A stretch of 64,000 nucleotides of DNA, from positions 555,365 through 619,364 of the forward strand of contig JAYNIM010000001.1 in assembly GCA_038109055.1 (NCBI GenBank). Reading direction: 5' to 3'. Below are positions 60,333 through 64,000 of the stretch, one piece after another. Source of the DNA: a bacterium (GTDB lineage Bacteria; Margulisbacteria; Marinamargulisbacteria; GCA-2716485; JAYNIM01). The position numbers and the translations under genes are program-made. Below the pieces are notes generated by a model that made no database searches, was not told where the DNA came from, and was given only the letters and a program-made list of their open reading frames with translations. The stretch's first letter is position 1. Every line of letters begins with the position of its first letter.

Positions 60333-61091
60333 TTACTCCTTGTTTAATTCGTGTTCAATTGCATCCCAAAACGTTAAACGTGCCTCGATTCCAGCCACTG
60401 CTGCTTTATAAACGCATTCTTCATCCGTCTTAGATTGACATAACTGATCAATAATATCCAATGCCAAAAATTGATGCCGTTCACCATCAAGCTCAATATG
60501 TCGATTTAAATACTCATAAAAAGATGATAACACCGGTGATTGCTGTCGATCATGTTGTGAAATTTGTGCCAACATGTCAGACATTATCGTCTCACGTGCA
60601 TAGGTGAATGAGGCGGCGGTTTGTAATACAGAAGACTGAATCATCGTCTGTGTATGCGCCAGATACTGTTGAACCGATTCTGGAAGATATGCTTGCTTAA
60701 TTAAGCGATCGTATGGCACCCCATTTGTAAGATCTTTTAAGAATGCCGGAACATGCCACGGACAGTGTGTAGCTGTCTGAATAATCCCGACATAGTACAT
60801 AAAATGGCTACTTACCGTTCCGTCAATCTCATCGCTTTCTTCCTCACATTTAATCTCATTTAGTAACTGAGCTGCTTTTACATCAGGGACTGGTTTCCAG
60901 GGAATCGTGGTACAGGTTAGCTGCTGTTGCAGATGCGTCAGTAAGTTCATAAAGTCCCATACCGAATAGACATGATAGCCCATAAATTTGATAATATTAT
61001 CTTCGTTATTTAGTTGCTGATAGATTGAATGTGCATATAACCGGTCTCTATATGGTGTTAATCGTGACAATAAGTGTCTTGCGATAGCCAT
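60333..61091 (-). CDS. DUF3050 heme-oxygenase-like protein
   Basis: HVYSVWDFM, EEESD, SHF, YLNRHIELDGERH. Confidence 0.88.
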   Translation of the reverse strand: MAIARHLLSRLTPYRDRLYAHSIYQQLNNEDNIIKFMGYHVYSVWDFMNLLTHLQQQLTCTTIPWKPVPDVKAAQLLNEIKCEEESDEIDGTVSSHFMYYVGIIQTATHCPWHVPAFLKDLTNGVPYDRLIKQAYLPESVQQYLAHTQTMIQSSVLQTAASFTYARETIMSDMLAQISQHDRQQSPVLSSFYEYLNRHIELDGERHQFLALDIIDQLCQSKTDEECVYKAAVAGIEARLTFWDAIEHELNKE

Positions 61092-62158
61092 TATTTAGCT
61101 CCTTTTTGATATCGTTCATAGCCGACGAGTTCCATATAAGCATTTCCTGCATGTGTCCCTGTCACACGACAACTGCCTTCCCAATACGACATCGGCAAGG
61201 GGGTACTTACCGAAAGTTCTTGATTATTGATCGTTCGATCTACGATCAGATCTACCCCATATTTTGGAATCTTAATCTGCCATTTAAGTGGATAGGTAAT
61301 CCCTGTCTTTTTACTTTTCCAATCATCTAGAATTGTAAATGAGATGTCCGACATTTTTAGCGAAACCGTTTCTCCGTTAGTAGCAACAAGTGTTCCGGCT
61401 CTAAAATCAGTTTCGGGTGTTTTACCTCTAACCTGAAAACACATCAATTCCATATTGTCATCACACTGAATCGCAAACCAATCCCAACCCTGTTGCGTGT
61501 CATTGACTGATTGATCAAAAATTTCACGATCCATCCACAGTGACACCTGATCTGACTGAATCTTTTTTTTAGCTGTAGCCAGTGATGCATTTCCTTTAAG
61601 ACGGGTATATGAATAATAATATGAAAACTGATCAGGATGGGGCCCTTTGAAACTTTTACCGTTTTTACCATGAAAGATTTTTGCTTTAGCTGGTACAAGA
61701 TCAAGTTTAAGATGTCCAAAGGATGCTGGAATATCGATTATAAACCGCTCCCCTTTTTGGTACAGTCTCCAATCTTGAATCTGAAGATTCATCTGTCTTT
61801 TTTCTGCTATCAGTTTTGTTAGGCCCGGACGCCCCACTCTCTCATCGTGTGAGAATTCTTTTTTGTTTATATCCGTCCAGGCGGCGTGAGCCACGTATAA
61901 CTGGTCACTATTAAACAATGATCTATTTCCAGACACCGATTGAACTTTATAGCGAAAAAATGTTACTTGGACGCCATGTTTTTTTTGATCAGTATCTGTT
62001 ATGTGCCCTGTCAGATACCACCACTCGACATTAAATGATGGGTGAATCCCGTGATTACGCGGAAATTGCCAGTGTCCTAATGGCCCATCAGCAAAGGTTA
62101 TCACTGAGCAAAACACTCCTAATACTACAAAGACCCATGCTTTATTCTTCATGATCAC
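61091..62158 (-). CDS. AttH/CrtC-like lipocalin-fold protein
   Basis: FPRNHGIHP, EWWYLTG, SYYYS, WMDRE, GWDWF, YWEG, YMELVGY. Confidence 0.9.
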   Translation of the reverse strand: MIMKNKAWVFVVLGVFCSVITFADGPLGHWQFPRNHGIHPSFNVEWWYLTGHITDTDQKKHGVQVTFFRYKVQSVSGNRSLFNSDQLYVAHAAWTDINKKEFSHDERVGRPGLTKLIAEKRQMNLQIQDWRLYQKGERFIIDIPASFGHLKLDLVPAKAKIFHGKNGKSFKGPHPDQFSYYYSYTRLKGNASLATAKKKIQSDQVSLWMDREIFDQSVNDTQQGWDWFAIQCDDNMELMCFQVRGKTPETDFRAGTLVATNGETVSLKMSDISFTILDDWKSKKTGITYPLKWQIKIPKYGVDLIVDRTINNQELSVSTPLPMSYWEGSCRVTGTHAGNAYMELVGYERYQKGAK

Positions 62159-64000
62159 CTGCCTGACTTTTTAAAAATGATTCGGGTAACCTTGCAACAG
62201 TCGACCGCGTTACATATTCAGCGACCAATATATAGATTAAAACACCCATGCTCACCATGATCATCGGTATATCAATAAAAATACTCCATGAAAAGGTAGG
62301 ACGTTGAATCCCATAGACAATACAACAATATAATAATACCCCCATCATTAATGCCAATATCCCCGAAATACCCACGATGATTCGAGTTTGTGCTAATACA
62401 ATAGCCGTTAACTGTGATTTATTAGCACCTAATAACCACAGTTGTTGCAGCTCTTTTTGACGCTGTGAACATATCAGTGTCAGTAGATTAACGAGTGAAA
62501 ATAAACATAATAATGATGTTAGTCCAACAATAAACCACGTAAAGGCAAAGGTATCGTCAAACACACCCAATGACTGTTCTTTTAGATCGATATCTCGTTG
62601 TAAACTTAGATTGTGACGATCACATAGTGTGTTTAAAAACGCTAATTTTGCACTCATATTCTGTTGATCTTGAAAGGTGATCGCAATGCCATGAAGAGGT
62701 AAGGCGTGATGAGACACTACCCGTGAGGCGGGTACAAAAACAGTCGGGAATTCACTGACATAATCATAAGTAATGCCCCCTATTCGACAAGGCCCTGCTA
62801 TCATACCTGGAAACGTCACCTCATCTCCTAGTGACTTTTTATGCTTCAGAGCAAAGGGTTCTGAGACAATAATATCACGGCTGGGATCTTGTTTGGGTAA
62901 CGTCGCTTTAAAGGCATATGCTCGATCTTGAAAAAACCCTGAAATGCCATTAATCGTCATGGGCTTCCCCCTCCATGTTTCTTTCTGTGACGAAATTGTT
63001 TGAATGATATCTCCTTTAAATCGTGCTTGGATTTGCTGGAACACCAGCGGATTAATCGGGATAGACTGACGCAAGGTGCTTAATCGATGTTGGATATAGA
63101 TATCTTTTGATAATGTTCGATCTAACCACGTACTGACACTGGTTTTAAAACTATTCACATAGATAATCATGCTAAAAATGAGCCCCAATGCTAGTGCAAT
63201 AACAAACACAATCACCCCTACTCCTTGCCAAGCCTTTTTAAAACTTTCCGCAGCCAATCTCATCCGCCACCACGTGTGAGGGGTTTTAGTTTGTATCAAA
63301 GAAGATAATACCCCCATTAAACTGACCGCCAAGACACAACTACTCCCGATCATCAAAAATGTAGCAGCTATTCCTGTCCATTTGTTTATGATACTGACTA
63401 AGCAAATAAAACTAAGTCCTAATAGTAAAATCGACATAATAATGAAACGGATTGCCTGGGAATAGCGAAGTGGCGAATTGATGGTGATACAAGATAATAA
63501 AGATGCCATGACTGACACCCCAAAAGCTTTGATGATTAATAGGGGTGTTAATATAATCTGTTGTGCATCCATATAAAAATAAAAGGTTTGAATTAATTGA
63601 TTAAAGATCCCTAGACTATAGCTTGCAATCATCAGCGAAAAAGCCAAGCCCAGTATCGTACATATAATCGACAAAAATATTAGTTCTAGTATTCGAGCCC
63701 TGACCATCATAAAAGGAGTGGCACCCAGTAAGGTGAATGTTTTGTACAAATTGCGACGTTTGTAGTGAATAAAACTAAAACACTGCATGCACAAACTAAT
63801 GCTCACGATTAGTGCAATCAATGCCAAAAACTTCAAATTATAGGTCAAGGAATGGGTCCAATTAAGTTGTTTATTGGTGGTTTGTGCAGCTGATCTAATG
63901 TGAAGATTAGGATCAATTTTGGCGAGTTGAGTTGACAATAAACGTCGATCCGTATCCTCACAGACAATCCCCATCTCTTTCACATATCCGACTGTATTGT
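62142..64000 (-). CDS. FtsX-like ABC permease (AttFG-like), 5' end beyond window
   Basis: Two FtsX-type TM blocks (LLGAT; QRQKELQQLWLLGA); upstream of the attH-like gene; frame open to the window end. Confidence 0.8.
   Translation of the reverse strand, partial: NTVGYVKEMGIVCEDTDRRLLSTQLAKIDPNLHIRSAAQTTNKQLNWTHSLTYNLKFLALIALIVSISLCMQCFSFIHYKRRNLYKTFTLLGATPFMMVRARILELIFLSIICTILGLAFSLMIASYSLGIFNQLIQTFYFYMDAQQIILTPLLIIKAFGVSVMASLLSCITINSPLRYSQAIRFIIMSILLLGLSFICLVSIINKWTGIAATFLMIGSSCVLAVSLMGVLSSLIQTKTPHTWWRMRLAAESFKKAWQGVGVIVFVIALALGLIFSMIIYVNSFKTSVSTWLDRTLSKDIYIQHRLSTLRQSIPINPLVFQQIQARFKGDIIQTISSQKETWRGKPMTINGISGFFQDRAYAFKATLPKQDPSRDIIVSEPFALKHKKSLGDEVTFPGMIAGPCRIGGITYDYVSEFPTVFVPASRVVSHHALPLHGIAITFQDQQNMSAKLAFLNTLCDRHNLSLQRDIDLKEQSLGVFDDTFAFTWFIVGLTSLLCLFSLVNLLTLICSQRQKELQQLWLLGANKSQLTAIVLAQTRIIVGISGILALMMGVLLYCCIVYGIQRPTFSWSIFIDIPMIMVSMGVLIYILVAEYVTRSTVARLPESFLKSQAGDHEE

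Noticed and set aside
1..64000. tRNA/rRNA genes and the many 60-140-aa overlapping ORFs in the track
   Set aside because: No cloverleaf or rRNA signature seen by eye; the short ORFs lie inside or antisense to well-supported genes

Overview
AT-rich bacterial chromosome segment from a diderm (OM beta-barrels, TolC-like domain, GT9) that also has a lysA-cdaA pair and a sigma-54 activator. A Margulisbacteria-like or other non-photosynthetic relative of Cyanobacteria is plausible, but this is inference only. Positions 1-38 kb carry housekeeping genes (Pif1-like helicase, ABC-F, tatD, def-panD-lysA-cdaA-panB-cysS, queC, typA). These are interspersed with orphan or eukaryote-like genes (LRR protein, ankyrin-Ser/Thr kinase, coiled-coil and Ala-repeat proteins), a metal-uptake operon headed by a CxxC...RAPP leader peptide, and a complete ~1.1-kb IS (763-1852) with imperfect TIRs, TTAA on both sides and a D-D-N triad. 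Positions 38-64 kb form a metal/light/oxidative-stress region: a furan/cyclopropane fatty-acid-type cluster with a DUF1365-Cfa fusion, a Fur/Zur + Zrg-like ABC system, two photolyase-family genes, an RND-TolC fusion with an internal RBS, pirin/GST/DoxX, SOUL, DUF3050 and AttH/AttFG. The most unusual structure is a 1.4-kb single-gene insert without a recombinase gene, flanked by an exact 138-bp direct repeat that duplicates the overlapping 3' ends of both neighbouring genes (25328-27024). No rRNA, tRNA or CRISPR array was seen. All family calls come from motif recognition, not database searches.
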